A DNA stretch of 64,000 bases from an uncultured Candidatus Saccharibacteria bacterium. Its GTDB lineage: Bacteria; Patescibacteriota; Minisyncoccia; Phycocordibacterales; UBA9973. Made by a program: the position numbers and the translations under genes. The stretch covers positions 71,265 to 135,264 of the forward strand of contig CAZBZO010000001.1 in NCBI GenBank assembly GCA_964496425.1. The letters are read 5' to 3'. The notes below the pieces were generated by a model. That model saw only the letters and a list, made by a program, of their open reading frames with translations, was not told the DNA's origin and searched no databases. Positions 1 through 9,884 of the stretch are shown piece by piece (positions within the stretch are counted from its first letter, which is position 1; the number at the start of each line of letters is the position of its first letter).

Positions 1-1
1 A

Positions 2-481
2 GTCATGCAAGACTTCGCTTCGGGCGCGACACAGATATTAGTCGCCACCTCAGTTGTGGAAGTCGGCGTCAACGTGCCAAATGCCACGGTGATCGTGATC
101 GAAGGCGCAGAGCGTTTTGGCTTGGCCCAACTCCACCAGCTCCGCGGTCGAGTGCTCCGCTCATCACACCAAGCCTATTGTTATTTGTTTGCTGAAAGTA
201 AAAGCGCAAAAACTGCTGACCGCTTAAAGGCGCTTCGTACTGCCAAAAATGGTTTTGAACTCTCCGAGCTCGACTTGGCACTTCGTGGCGCGGGCGAGCT
301 TGGCGGCGGGAAGCAATGGGGCATCACTGACCTTGGCATGGAAGCTATTAAAAATATAAAAATGGTGGAAGCTGCCCGCACCGAAGCCACCGCACTCATC
401 GCCCGCGATCCTGACCTTCACCACTACCCCGTATTAAAAACAGTCAGCGCCTCCCGCCACAACGAAATGCATTTTGAGTAG
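2..481 (+). CDS. recG: ATP-dependent DNA helicase RecG, C-terminal fragment (gene continues upstream of window)
   Basis: Translation carries the RecG helicase C-terminal signature (ILVATSVVEVGVNVPNATV, HQLRGRVLRSSHQAYC, TAKNGFELSELDLALRGAGELGG); ORF is open to the window edge. Confidence 0.8.
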   Translation, partial: VMQDFASGATQILVATSVVEVGVNVPNATVIVIEGAERFGLAQLHQLRGRVLRSSHQAYCYLFAESKSAKTADRLKALRTAKNGFELSELDLALRGAGELGGGKQWGITDLGMEAIKNIKMVEAARTEATALIARDPDLHHYPVLKTVSASRHNEMHFE

Positions 482-520
482 ATTGATAAAGTATGTCTTT
501 TCTTATAGACTGCATGTATC

Positions 521-594
521 CCGCCCTTAGCTCAGTTGGTTAGAGCACAGAGCTTATACCTCTGGGGTCCTTGGTTCGAATCCAAGAGGGCGGA
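521..594 (+). tRNA. tRNA with anticodon UAU (predicted tRNA-Ile reading AUA), no encoded CCA
   Basis: Manual cloverleaf: acceptor 521-527 pairs with 587-593; D arm GCTC-AGTTGGTTA-GAGC; anticodon stem CAGAG/CTCTG with loop CTTATAC (U33, anticodon TAT, A37); variable loop GGGTC; T arm CTTGG-TTCGAAT-CCAAG; discriminator A594. Confidence 0.7.
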
Positions 595-651
595 CTCTCA
601 GAATATAGACCTTATATTAAAATCTGAATTCAACTTCTACTCTAAATAATT

Positions 652-685
652 AGAGCCGTCCATATTCCATGGACGGCTCTTTTAG
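652..685. terminator. Bidirectional intrinsic terminator (12-bp stem, T tracts on both sides)
   Basis: AGAGCCGTCCAT-attcc-ATGGACGGCTCT followed by TTTTAG on the + strand and a T-rich run on the - strand; lies between the tRNA and the stop of the convergent gene 703-1947. Confidence 0.55.
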
Positions 686-702
686 AAACCTGCTTCTTTA
701 AT

Positions 703-1947
703 CTACAGCTTCATTACTTTCTCTGATTCCAGACTACCATCATCGTAGTACTTGATAATGATGTATGTGTGACCTACCGGAAGCGACTGATAATAATTGG
801 GGTACTCCTCAATCGAAATCTTCACAAAACTATTTTGCGTAAGGTCCTGTATTCCCATCAATTTCAGTACAGGAAATGTAACCTTCTTTTTATTCGATGA
901 TGCCCAACATCCTCCTACGTAAATTTTTGCCAAATAATTACCGTCAACTGAGGGAGTGTAGGAAAGTCCATCAGCGCCTGAAATAACCTTTTTGCCTTTA
1001 TACCACTCTATATATCCTATAGGATGTGTGAGTGAGGCTTCTTTTATTTGAAGAAAAGGAGCTTCCGTTGTTCCTTTCTTTTTTATAACAAATTCAGGTA
1101 ATGCAACAGTATCAACTGTAATAGGATCTGGCTCATATATACAAGTATTGTTTGAAACAATAGTACATTTATATGTACCTACTCCTCCTTCAACCGAAAG
1201 CCATGTTGCAGATAGAGGCATTGCATCTTTAGTCCAGGAAACAGTGAAGTCACTCAACTCCTGTCCACCTTGGAAATCATATGCTAACCCAACCAAGCCA
1301 CCACAAATAGATACGGAATTGTTCTGTACTTCAGCTCCTACGAAAAAGGGATACTTACTTGCCATGGGAATAATAGTAGGAGGGCCTTCCACTTTTACAT
1401 GGAATGTTTCACTGCCTCCTACACATTGTCCATCAGTTCCCCCTACGCGGTAATAACCACTCTGAGATACATCAATGGTTACACCTTCATCAATAACATT
1501 GTCGTTAACATCGTAAAGCCAATAATAATCGGCTCCCGAGAGCAGTAATGGCATTGATCCACAGGCTACTCCTTCTTGTGCTGGAGTAACGTTAACTGTT
1601 GGATTAGCATTAACAGTGAAATATTTCCGTGTTGTATCCACCTGTCCTTCTGCATAATAACTCATTACTTCCACATAAAATTGACCTGCGATTCCTTCTC
1701 CATCTTCACGAGTTAATATTGAACCATAATATGTCTGGCCGAAAGCAGGATATGTTTGAGTAGTTGTACCCATATACACAACAACCCAACTATGAGCAAG
1801 CGCTGCGTTATCATCCACGACACTATATGTGTAAGGAGCTGATAAGCATTGGGTTGCACTTCCAACAAGGATAGGATTTTGAGCGGCAACATTTAATCCG
1901 ACCATCCAAAGGATGGCAATTAGGGAAAGTAGCTTTTTCATAAGCAA
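703..1947 (-). CDS. Secreted Ig-like/beta-sandwich repeat protein, possible T9SS-type C-terminal sorting domain
   Basis: N-terminal signal peptide MLMKKLLSLIAILWMVGLNVAAQ; Cys-containing beta-rich repeats; C-terminus ...EEYPNYYQSLPVGHTYIIIKYYDDGSLESEKVMKL weakly resembles a Por secretion tail; GC content visibly lower than in the ribosomal genes. Confidence 0.55.
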   Translation of the reverse strand: MLMKKLLSLIAILWMVGLNVAAQNPILVGSATQCLSAPYTYSVVDDNAALAHSWVVVYMGTTTQTYPAFGQTYYGSILTREDGEGIAGQFYVEVMSYYAEGQVDTTRKYFTVNANPTVNVTPAQEGVACGSMPLLLSGADYYWLYDVNDNVIDEGVTIDVSQSGYYRVGGTDGQCVGGSETFHVKVEGPPTIIPMASKYPFFVGAEVQNNSVSICGGLVGLAYDFQGGQELSDFTVSWTKDAMPLSATWLSVEGGVGTYKCTIVSNNTCIYEPDPITVDTVALPEFVIKKKGTTEAPFLQIKEASLTHPIGYIEWYKGKKVISGADGLSYTPSVDGNYLAKIYVGGCWASSNKKKVTFPVLKLMGIQDLTQNSFVKISIEEYPNYYQSLPVGHTYIIIKYYDDGSLESEKVMKL

Positions 1948-2057
1948 TTTTGTTTTTCAATGTTCAAAAAAATAGATCGGTCGCATTCGCCGATTTGGGA
2001 GGATATTAGCACATTATTTGTGATATGTCAAATCCCTTTCTAGGGCCTACCCTGAGA

Positions 2058-2087
2058 GCACAAAATCCCCTTTCGGGGATTTTGTGC
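2058..2087. terminator. Perfect 13-bp stem-loop downstream of ftsH (terminator-like, weak U tract)
   Basis: GCACAAAATCCCC-tttc-GGGGATTTTGTGC. Confidence 0.4.
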
Positions 2088-2141
2088 CTTATATTTATCT
2101 ATTTAAAATTCGTAATTACTAATTTATCATTAGTAATTGGT

Positions 2142-4067
2142 CTATCCCACTACTTCAAGCTTAGCTTTCTCTTCCTTTTTCTTTGGCACGATACCGTGAG
2201 CGATAATGATTGCTTCATATTCAGGCTGTTCCAGTGTTTCGACTTCAATCAATTTCTCTGCTATCGCATCGAGTGCTTTACGATGAGTCGTTATGACTTC
2301 CTTGGCTTTTATATACGCACCATCAATAATCTTTTTCACTTCAGCACCGACTTTAGCGGCTTCAGCTTCCGAGAGTTCATTGTTCACACCATTACCAAAC
2401 ATCGGTCGACCACCATCAGATTCTAGCGCCATCGGGCCTATCTCTTCGCTCATACCCCAACGCGTCACCATAGCGCGTGCCAGACTGGTCGCGACTTGGA
2501 GGTCGTTGGATGGGCCTGTCGTCGTATCATTGAAAACCATTTCTTCCGCTACGAATCCACCCATGGCCATAGCGATATCATCAAGAAATTCTTTTTTGGA
2601 TTGGAGTTTGCGATCTTCAAGCGGAAGCTTAAGGGTGTAGCCACCAGCGCGGCCGCGAGCCACGATTGAAACTTTGTGCACTGGATCAGCATACGGCAAG
2701 ACGCTTGCGACGAGTGCATGTCCAGCTTCGTGATAGGCTGTAATCTTTTTTTCTTTCAGTGAAAACAAATGACTTTTGCGCTCAGGCCCCATCATGACTT
2801 TTTCAATCGAGCGGATAAGATCAAACTGCGCCACTTTTTTACGGTCTTCCCGGGCAGCAAGTATGGCGCCTTCGTTCATAAGGGAGTACAAATCAGCACC
2901 GGAGAATCCAGGCGTGCGTTCAGCCACGAGCTTCAAATTGACATCTTCTGCCAGTGGCTTTTTGCGAGCATGAATAGTGAGTATTTCCTCGCGATCTGCC
3001 CGATCAGGTAAGTCGAGTACGACTCGGCGATCAAAGCGGCCTGGACGAAGCAGTGCCGGGTCAAGCACGTCAGAGCGGTTGGTGGCAGCCATAACAATCA
3101 CTTTTTCATTCGGCTCAAAGCCGTCCATTTCTACTAAGATTTGGTTTAGGGTTTGCTCACGTTCATCATTGCCACCGCCCACACCAGTACCACGCACACG
3201 ACCAACGGCATCTATTTCATCGATAAAGACAATGGCTGGCGCAGTGCGCTTCGCCATTTTGAAAAGATCGCGTACGCGGGAAGCGCCGACGCCAACAAAC
3301 ATTTCGACAAATTCACTACCAGAGAGATGGAAAAATGGTACGCCAGCTTCCCCTGCTACTGCACGAGCAAGCAAGGTTTTTCCGGTACCAGGTGAACCAG
3401 TAAGAAGTACGCCTTTTGGAATACGAGCGCCGATGTCGAGAAATTTTTTTGGATTTTTCAAGAAGTCGACAATTTCTTTTAGCTCTTCTTTGGCTTCTTT
3501 CACACCAGCAACATCTTTGAATGTAACACGCTGATTTTTGTCGTTGGGATCGGTAATGCGAGCTTTGGACTGGCCGAATGAAAATGCCTGCATGCCAGCA
3601 CCTTTGACTTGGCGCGAAATAAACCAAAAGAAAATAACTATAAAAATGATTGGGAGCGCAATTGGCAAAATATTGAGGAGCCAGTAGCCAGCACCAGTAT
3701 CACTTTTGATATTGATGGCGGTCTTAGCAAGCATTTCTTCCGGTACGCCATAGTTTTTTAATGTTTCTGAAAACGAACTCTCAGCTTCTTTTTTAGATTT
3801 TAAAATGGTGCCATCAATTTTCTCGATGGTGAGTTTGTCGCCGTTGACTTCAATACTTTTGACGTCCCCGATGGTAATACTTGCCGCAAGCTCCGACAGT
3901 GACACTTCGGCTACGGGCTTAGTATTAGTAGAAATGACAGTATAGAGGGCACCCAAAAGCATGAAAATGAATATCGCAAGAGCAATATGCTGCGAAAAAC
4001 GGGGCGCTGGAGCACCGGGAGGAGTCGATGGATTCTTTTCTTTTTGATTAGATAGTGGATTTTTCAT
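2142..4067 (-). CDS. ftsH: ATP-dependent zinc metalloprotease FtsH
   Basis: Two N-terminal TM segments, AAA Walker A GSPGTGKT, second region of homology, and the zinc-binding HEAGHAL motif. Confidence 0.93.
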   Translation of the reverse strand: MKNPLSNQKEKNPSTPPGAPAPRFSQHIALAIFIFMLLGALYTVISTNTKPVAEVSLSELAASITIGDVKSIEVNGDKLTIEKIDGTILKSKKEAESSFSETLKNYGVPEEMLAKTAINIKSDTGAGYWLLNILPIALPIIFIVIFFWFISRQVKGAGMQAFSFGQSKARITDPNDKNQRVTFKDVAGVKEAKEELKEIVDFLKNPKKFLDIGARIPKGVLLTGSPGTGKTLLARAVAGEAGVPFFHLSGSEFVEMFVGVGASRVRDLFKMAKRTAPAIVFIDEIDAVGRVRGTGVGGGNDEREQTLNQILVEMDGFEPNEKVIVMAATNRSDVLDPALLRPGRFDRRVVLDLPDRADREEILTIHARKKPLAEDVNLKLVAERTPGFSGADLYSLMNEGAILAAREDRKKVAQFDLIRSIEKVMMGPERKSHLFSLKEKKITAYHEAGHALVASVLPYADPVHKVSIVARGRAGGYTLKLPLEDRKLQSKKEFLDDIAMAMGGFVAEEMVFNDTTTGPSNDLQVATSLARAMVTRWGMSEEIGPMALESDGGRPMFGNGVNNELSEAEAAKVGAEVKKIIDGAYIKAKEVITTHRKALDAIAEKLIEVETLEQPEYEAIIIAHGIVPKKKEEKAKLEVVG

Positions 4068-4117
4068 ATCGGGACTGTATTATACACCAAAACGCAACTG
4101 TATAAAAATGCTAGAAT

Positions 4118-4570
4118 ATGTCTATGGCAACATTCTTGGAAAACCGAAAAGTCCATTTCAATTACGAAATCATCGAAAAAATCGAAGCAGGAATCGAGCT
4201 TCTTGGTCATGAAGTGAAATCAATCCGCCAAAACCACGGCTCTCTCGATGGCGCATATGTCACTATTTCCGCTGGCCAAGCATTTCTCACCAATGCCACG
4301 ATTCCGCCGTACCAGCCAGGAAATGTTGGACCAGACTACGAGCCGACCCGCAGTCGCAAACTTCTTCTCAGTAAAAAGGAAATCGAAGAACTCCGCTTAG
4401 CTAAAGATCGAAAGTCATTGACGGCAGTACCACTATCATTGTATAGTAAAGGTCCCAAAATCAAGGTCTCAATCGGCCTTGGCAAGGGAAAGAAAAAGTT
4501 TGATAAACGCGAGACGATCAAGCGACGCGAGACCGATCGCAGCTTAAGCCGGATTGCGAAAGATCATTAA
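4118..4570 (+). CDS. smpB: SsrA-binding protein SmpB
   Basis: 150-aa protein with the SmpB fold signature (NRKVHFNYEIIEKIEAGIEL, GHEVKSIR) and a basic C-terminal tail; immediately upstream of the tmRNA. Confidence 0.9.
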   Translation: MSMATFLENRKVHFNYEIIEKIEAGIELLGHEVKSIRQNHGSLDGAYVTISAGQAFLTNATIPPYQPGNVGPDYEPTRSRKLLLSKKEIEELRLAKDRKSLTAVPLSLYSKGPKIKVSIGLGKGKKKFDKRETIKRRETDRSLSRIAKDH

Positions 4571-4584
4571 CAACAGAACATTTT

Positions 4585-4963
4585 GGGGATGACAGGCATC
4601 GACAAGAGCCAATCCTTTCTTATGCGTGTCGAGCTCGGATAACTCGTAAAACTTTCCGAAACCTCCAAATGCAAACGCATCTGGTACCCCATCTCCATAC
4701 GCGAAAGCCTATGGCATGGGTTTCGCACTCGCTTAAACGCGACCGCGAATGTTGCTCCACTTACGTCCGATACGTGGAAGTAGCATAATATTTTCGGGCT
4801 AGGAAATAGAGCGTGCTTGACTCTATTTTAGAAAACTAAAAGCTCGGCTAGGAACCGTTTTGTCTTTTTATGAGACTCCCAGCTTAAAACATATAAAATG
4901 ACTACACACGTAGAAGTATTTGAGGACAGCTTTTGCACGTGGATTCAACTTCCACCATCTCCA
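4585..4963 (+). ncRNA. ssrA: tmRNA (ssrA)
   Basis: 5' end GGGGATGACAGGCATCGAC matches the tmRNA tRNA-like 5' consensus. 3' end GTGGA-TTCAACT-TCCAC-CATCTCC-A gives a T arm plus an acceptor strand pairing with the 5' end, including a G3-U wobble (alanine identity). Candidate tag ORF from GCA at 4671 to TAA at 4734-4736 (…GMGFALA). Adjacent to smpB. Confidence 0.75.
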
Positions 4964-5177
4964 CAAAATTAAGGAGTCAAAGACGACTATAATTTTGTAG
5001 GATGTCGCAGTACCCTGCGACGCCACAAAATATCGATACAATTGACAACAGTGTACCTGCGCGATACACTCCAGTAGTATATGAGCAGAAAGTATTTTAT
5101 TTCTCACATAATGTGCCCCGTACCGGCTCCCAAATAACAGCCGGGGTATAGTATATTTTTATCACAATACGTTCAAG

Positions 5178-5204
5178 CGGCCCCGGTGAAGGGGTTTTTT
5201 ATTT
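5178..5204 (+). terminator. Intrinsic terminator
   Basis: GCGGCCCCGG-tgaa-GGGG followed by TTTTTTATTT. Confidence 0.5.
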
Positions 5205-5243
5205 ACCCATCTAAGCTGAATGTGTAATATCCAAAAAAAATAT

Positions 5244-6266
5244 ATGAAAATTTTATCCGTAGAACAAGTAGCACAGTTGATCAAAACTCACGGCATCGAG
5301 AACTATCTAAAAGATTTAATACAACAATTGCGAAGCGACTTTGGTCGTTGGCATGAATTTAACAAAATGCCTCGGCCGGCAATGCATGTACCAGGCGGCG
5401 TACTCGAGCTTATGCCGATTTGCGACAATACGTATTACACATATAAGTACGTAAACTGCCATCCCAAAAATCCCGAAAGTGGGCTTATGACCGTGGTGGC
5501 CACTGGAGAGCTTGTACGCATCGACACTGGCTATCCAATAATGATTTCTGAAATGACCGTCCTCACTGCACTTCGCACTGCAGCCACAACAGCGCTCGCG
5601 ACTGATCTTCTTTCAAGAAAAGAAAGCCACGTGCTGGCGATCATTGGCACGGGCGCGCAAAGTGAATTTTTGGTGAAAGCGATCGAACTCGTTCGTACGA
5701 TTACGGAAGTGAGATACTTCGACATAGATCCAGTGGCTATGGATAAATTTGAAAAGAACATCAAGGCAACTTCGTCGGTGATACTTGTCCCGTGTGCGAG
5801 CGCCGAAGAAGCAGTGAAGGGTGCGGATATTATTACCACTTGCACGGCCTGCAAAGCCCATGTCGATGTTATTAAAAATGATTGGGTGCTCCCCGGTGTC
5901 CACATAAACGGTATTGGCGGCGATTGCCCTGGAAAAACTGAATTAGAATTTTCCATACTATCTCGCAGTAAAATTGTTGTGGAATATTTTGACCAATGCA
6001 TCATCGAAGGCGAGATCCAGCGTCTCGGATACGACGAAGGCAAATCCCAAGTCTATGCTGAGCTTCACGAACTTGTTACCGCTGCCAAATCCGGGCGTGA
6101 GAATGAAAATGAAATTACGCTTTATGATTCGGTCGGCGTAGGACTCGAAGACTATTCGGTACTTCGGCTGACATACGAACTTGCAGAGCATTACCATGTT
6201 GGCCAAGAACTCAACCTTACTCCGGTCGTAGTCGACCCGAAGAATCTTATTTCCGTGCTCACATAA
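5244..6266 (+). CDS. Ornithine cyclodeaminase / mu-crystallin family protein
   Basis: Rossmann GTGAQSEF motif and overall OCD/mu-crystallin-like sequence; the ATG at 5244 is preferred over the ATG at 5220. Confidence 0.7.
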   Translation: MKILSVEQVAQLIKTHGIENYLKDLIQQLRSDFGRWHEFNKMPRPAMHVPGGVLELMPICDNTYYTYKYVNCHPKNPESGLMTVVATGELVRIDTGYPIMISEMTVLTALRTAATTALATDLLSRKESHVLAIIGTGAQSEFLVKAIELVRTITEVRYFDIDPVAMDKFEKNIKATSSVILVPCASAEEAVKGADIITTCTACKAHVDVIKNDWVLPGVHINGIGGDCPGKTELEFSILSRSKIVVEYFDQCIIEGEIQRLGYDEGKSQVYAELHELVTAAKSGRENENEITLYDSVGVGLEDYSVLRLTYELAEHYHVGQELNLTPVVVDPKNLISVLT

Positions 6267-6270
6267 TACA

Positions 6271-6606
6271 ATGGCAACCATAGAAGATTTTCAAAAATTG
6301 GATATACGTGTAGGAAAAATACTTGAAGTACACGACTCCCCTGAAGCAAAAAAGCCCGCATTCAAATTAAAAATAGACTTCGGCTCAGAAATCGGAGTCA
6401 AAAATTCTTCTGCTCAAATTGTCGCGCTCTATAAAAAAGAAGAATTGATGGGAAAACTAATACTTGCCGTCGTCAATTTCCCGCCGAGACAAATAGGACC
6501 TTTCCAATCTGAAGTCTTAACGCTCGGTGTTCCTGATACAGAAGGAAATGTTATTTTGATTGTCCCTGATACAGAAAATTCAATTATTGGCGGAAAACTA
6601 TTCTAA
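6271..6606 (+). CDS. tRNA-binding domain protein (CsaA/Trbp111-like, OB fold)
   Basis: FQKLDIRVGKILEV... matches the Myf/EMAP tRNA-binding domain; length 111 aa. Confidence 0.65.
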   Translation: MATIEDFQKLDIRVGKILEVHDSPEAKKPAFKLKIDFGSEIGVKNSSAQIVALYKKEELMGKLILAVVNFPPRQIGPFQSEVLTLGVPDTEGNVILIVPDTENSIIGGKLF

Positions 6607-6676
6607 TTTCAATCCTTAAGTACGCGCTCTCAGAAATCTCTCGATACGATCGGGAGATTTCTGCTATAGTAATGGG

Positions 6677-8053
6677 ATGGAAACGCAAGCACTTCCCTCA
6701 CTCACTGTCTCAGGCTACCGTGGCATTTGGGGCGAAACACTTACGCCCGCGATCGCTGCTGAGCTTGCGAGCGCTTTTGCACATTTCGTCATTGCTCGCG
6801 CTGGCAAGCGCGTCATCATCGGCCGCGATGCTCGAGTGTCAGGACCCGAGATCAATAGCGTAATCATTGAGACCCTGACTCGAGCCGGCCTCACCGTCAC
6901 GGACCTTGGCATTGCAGCGACGCCCGCAGTGCTTTTTTTGACTCGAGATCATGGAGCAGATGGCGCGATCGTCATCACCGCAAGCCACAATCCGATCGAA
7001 TACAATGGTCTAAAGTTTGTGACGCGCGAAGGAGTCTTTCTCACCGAGAGCGAAGTACGCGAACTCGGCTCATATCTTGAATACCCTCTTGTCGTAAGCG
7101 AGCGAGTGGGCACAGCTACCAATCGTGAAGACTTACTGTCGCGTCATCGCGAACAAATACTCAAACACACCGATTGTGATCTTATACGAAAAAGAAAATT
7201 CAAAGTGGTACTTGATCCAATCAACAGTGTCGGAGCGATCGAAACACCAAAACTTCTCGAATCTTTTGGTTGCGACGTCGTCCTTATCAATGAAATCCCA
7301 AACGGCCTCTTCGCGCACGAGCCGGAACCCTTACCGAAAAATCTCGGCGACCTCGCGCGCACCGTTCGCGACGTCGGCGCTGACATAGGCTTTGCCCAAG
7401 ATCCAGACGGGGATCGTTTGGTCTTGGTCGACGAACATGGTGAGTTTGTGAGTGAAGAACACACCTTACCACTGTGTATACTTGCAGCTCTTTCCAAGAC
7501 TCCCGGCGATATAGTCATCAATCTTTCAAGTTCAAATGTAAACGAAGACATCGCGCTTCGTTTCGGAAAGAAAACATACCGCACTAAAGTCGGTGAGTCC
7601 AATGTCCTTGCTGGTATCGTAGAACATAACGCCATGATCGGCGGCGAAGGTGGAGGTGGTGTGATTTATCCGACCATGAATCCGACGCGAGACAGTTTTG
7701 TCGGTATCGCCCTTATTCTCGAGCTCTTAGCTCGCCAGAATACTACCCTCTCGACCCTTATCCAAGAGTTTCCACGCTATGTGATGATTAAAGAAAAGTT
7801 CCCAGTTTTAAAAGAACTCTCTACCTACTACAGCGACCTCACCGAGCTCTGGAAAGACGCCAAAGCGACCACCGAAGACGGTATTCGTCTCGACTGGCCG
7901 GATCGCTCATGGATCCATATTAGGCAATCCAACACCGAACCTATCATCCGTGTCATGGGGGAAGCCACAAACGAAGAACGTATTCGCTATCTTATCGACC
8001 AAACGACCGATTTCCTCTATGGTGATAAGTATTTGACTCGGCAGATTAAATAA
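6677..8053 (+). CDS. Phosphohexomutase (phosphoglucosamine mutase / phosphomannomutase family)
   Basis: Active-site serine loop TASHNPIEYNG, metal-binding DPDGDR, 458 aa. Confidence 0.8.
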   Translation: METQALPSLTVSGYRGIWGETLTPAIAAELASAFAHFVIARAGKRVIIGRDARVSGPEINSVIIETLTRAGLTVTDLGIAATPAVLFLTRDHGADGAIVITASHNPIEYNGLKFVTREGVFLTESEVRELGSYLEYPLVVSERVGTATNREDLLSRHREQILKHTDCDLIRKRKFKVVLDPINSVGAIETPKLLESFGCDVVLINEIPNGLFAHEPEPLPKNLGDLARTVRDVGADIGFAQDPDGDRLVLVDEHGEFVSEEHTLPLCILAALSKTPGDIVINLSSSNVNEDIALRFGKKTYRTKVGESNVLAGIVEHNAMIGGEGGGGVIYPTMNPTRDSFVGIALILELLARQNTTLSTLIQEFPRYVMIKEKFPVLKELSTYYSDLTELWKDAKATTEDGIRLDWPDRSWIHIRQSNTEPIIRVMGEATNEERIRYLIDQTTDFLYGDKYLTRQIK

Positions 8054-8090
8054 GCTATTATGTCCCTACCTAACGCATCTAAAAAAACAC

Positions 8091-8606
8091 TTGAGGGAAC
8101 GAATAAATCATCAAATAAAAGCACGAGAACTGAGGGTTATTGATAGCGAAGATGGTAATCTCGGTGTTTTATCCTTAGAGGAAGCGTTACGTTTGGCCCA
8201 AAGCAAAGGCCTTGATCTCATCGAGATCGGTCCAAATGCCGTCCCCCCGATCGCTAAGATCATGGATTTCGGCAAGTTCCAATACGAACAAAATAAGAAG
8301 CAAAAGAAGGCCAAAGCAGGTGCAAAAGCCACCGAGACCAAATCGATCCAGGTCAAAATAGGTACCGGCGACCATGATTTGCTCTTGAAGGCTAAACAGG
8401 CCTCAAAATGGCTTGCGGAAGGACATCGTATCCGTGTAGAGCTCTACCTCAAAGGTCGAGCAAAGTACATGGATAAAAAATTTTTGGAAGAAAGACTTGC
8501 TCGAGTGCTCCATTTGGTCACTGAGCCGCACAAGATCGCAGAAAGTTTTAAGCCATCTCCAAAAGGATACGGCATGGTGATCGAACGAGATAAAACCAGC
8601 AAATAG
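8091..8606 (+). CDS. infC: Translation initiation factor IF-3 (TTG start)
   Basis: IF-3 N- and C-domain sequence (IKARELRVIDSEDGNLGVLSLEEAL...); begins at TTG; operon partner of rpmI and rplT. Confidence 0.85.
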   Translation: MRERINHQIKARELRVIDSEDGNLGVLSLEEALRLAQSKGLDLIEIGPNAVPPIAKIMDFGKFQYEQNKKQKKAKAGAKATETKSIQVKIGTGDHDLLLKAKQASKWLAEGHRIRVELYLKGRAKYMDKKFLEERLARVLHLVTEPHKIAESFKPSPKGYGMVIERDKTSK

Positions 8607-8629
8607 TTAGTAGTTAATAGCTTATAGAT

Positions 8630-8815
8630 ATGAAAACAAACAAATCATTTTCAAAAAGATTGAAGGTAACCAAAAATGGAAAAATCATTGCCCGAACACC
8701 CGGCTTCAACCATTTTAACGCCAAACAGAATCGCGCCGAACAACTTTCCGGCCGAAAAGGACAGGCATTTATTATAAAAAACAAACCAAAAAGTCACCTT
8801 TTACCATTTAACTAG
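8630..8815 (+). CDS. rpmI: 50S ribosomal protein L35
   Basis: 61-aa basic protein MKTNKSFSKRLKVTKNGKI...; lies between infC and rplT. Confidence 0.85.
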   Translation: MKTNKSFSKRLKVTKNGKIIARTPGFNHFNAKQNRAEQLSGRKGQAFIIKNKPKSHLLPFN

Positions 8816-8892
8816 TAATAGAAAATAGGTACTAGTAAATAGAAAATCTCTTTACCTCTCTACTAACTATTTACTACTAACTACTCACTACC

Positions 8893-9234
8893 ATGACCAG
8901 AGTCAAACGAGGAACAATTAAAAACAAGCGCCGTAAAAATGTTTTGGCGCAAACGAAGGGTTACCGCCACGGCCGAAAATCCAAAGAAGCTGCTGCTAAA
9001 GAGGCCATCCACCATGCCGGAGCCTACGCCTTCGCACATCGCCGCGACAAGAAGAGCGATCGCCGCGGAGACTGGAATGTCGTTATCAACCGCGCGGTTC
9101 GTGAACAGGACATGAGCTATTCGAAACTTATCGACAAGCTTACTAAAAAGAAAGTAACGATTAACCGTAAAATCCTCGCAGATCTAGCTGATAACCATAC
9201 TGAAACCTTCAAACGTCTCGTTGCACATCTTTAA
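8893..9234 (+). CDS. rplT: 50S ribosomal protein L20
   Basis: MTRVKRGTIKNKRRKNVLAQTKGYRHGRKS... is the canonical L20 N-terminus. Confidence 0.9.
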   Translation: MTRVKRGTIKNKRRKNVLAQTKGYRHGRKSKEAAAKEAIHHAGAYAFAHRRDKKSDRRGDWNVVINRAVREQDMSYSKLIDKLTKKKVTINRKILADLADNHTETFKRLVAHL

Positions 9235-9240
9235 AAACAA

Positions 9241-9271
9241 AAAACCGGCATATGCCGGTTTTTTGTTTTTT
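9241..9271. terminator. Bidirectional intrinsic terminator after rplT
   Basis: AAAACCGGCATATGCCGGTTTTTTGTTTTTT; palindromic stem with an A tract before and a T tract after. Confidence 0.75.
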
Positions 9272-9275
9272 AAAA

Positions 9276-9884
9276 TTAGAGGCTTTTTATCGGAGTCAGT
9301 GCAGCAGCGGCTTGAAATTCAGATTCTTTGTCGATAGCCACAAGCTCAATCAACCGCGCAACCAACCGTGCAGGATCACTATCAAAAATAATTTTCTGAT
9401 TTGGCCGGTGACCTTTTTCAAGAATTTCTTTTATTTCTCCACCCATATCCCATTCCCCTTCAAGCACGCCGACCGGCTTGCCATCTTCAAAGGCGATAGT
9501 AAATTCGTGAATCGTACCGATTCTTCCACAACCGATGACAAGTGCATCGCACGTGCGAGTAAACAGTAAATCTCGGCCAGGGTATCCAAAGCCAGTGTAA
9601 ATTGTAATATCTAGATAATCGATCGGAAGACGATAGACCGTAAGATGCTCACGTTCTGATGCCGCCGGGGAAAGTCCAATCGTGACACCATGTTCTTCTT
9701 TAGCACCCATCGCACTCCAGAGTGGAAAGCCAGACGTCGCTCCCGTCACCAAAACTGCACCTTGACGCACAATCTCACGGCCAAGCTCTTTAGCTTTGTC
9801 GAGAGCATGTAATCCGCAGTGGCCAGTCTCAGCAGCACCCGAGACACCGATTTTAATATTTAAATGTCCGTGCTTAAGTAACAT
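9276..9884 (-). CDS. LOG/SLOG-family Rossmann-fold protein (TIGR00725-like)
   Basis: GVSGAAETG...VLVTGATSGFPL...GGYGT-like layout typical of the lysine-decarboxylase-like/LOG family. Confidence 0.5.
   Translation of the reverse strand: MLLKHGHLNIKIGVSGAAETGHCGLHALDKAKELGREIVRQGAVLVTGATSGFPLWSAMGAKEEHGVTIGLSPAASEREHLTVYRLPIDYLDITIYTGFGYPGRDLLFTRTCDALVIGCGRIGTIHEFTIAFEDGKPVGVLEGEWDMGGEIKEILEKGHRPNQKIIFDSDPARLVARLIELVAIDKESEFQAAAALTPIKSL

Noticed and set aside
2977-3534. 185-aa + strand ORF (Ser/Arg/Thr-rich) inside ftsH
   Set aside because: Antisense to the well-supported ftsH CDS; low-complexity translation typical of a shadow ORF.
4868-5107. 79-aa minus-strand ORF
   Set aside because: Overlaps the 3' tRNA-like domain of the tmRNA; no coding signal; tmRNA assignment preferred.
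5531-6043. 170-aa minus-strand ORF
   Set aside because: Lies entirely antisense within the ornithine cyclodeaminase-family gene.
9252-9569. 105-aa + strand ORF
   Set aside because: Antisense to the LOG-family gene; begins inside the rplT terminator.
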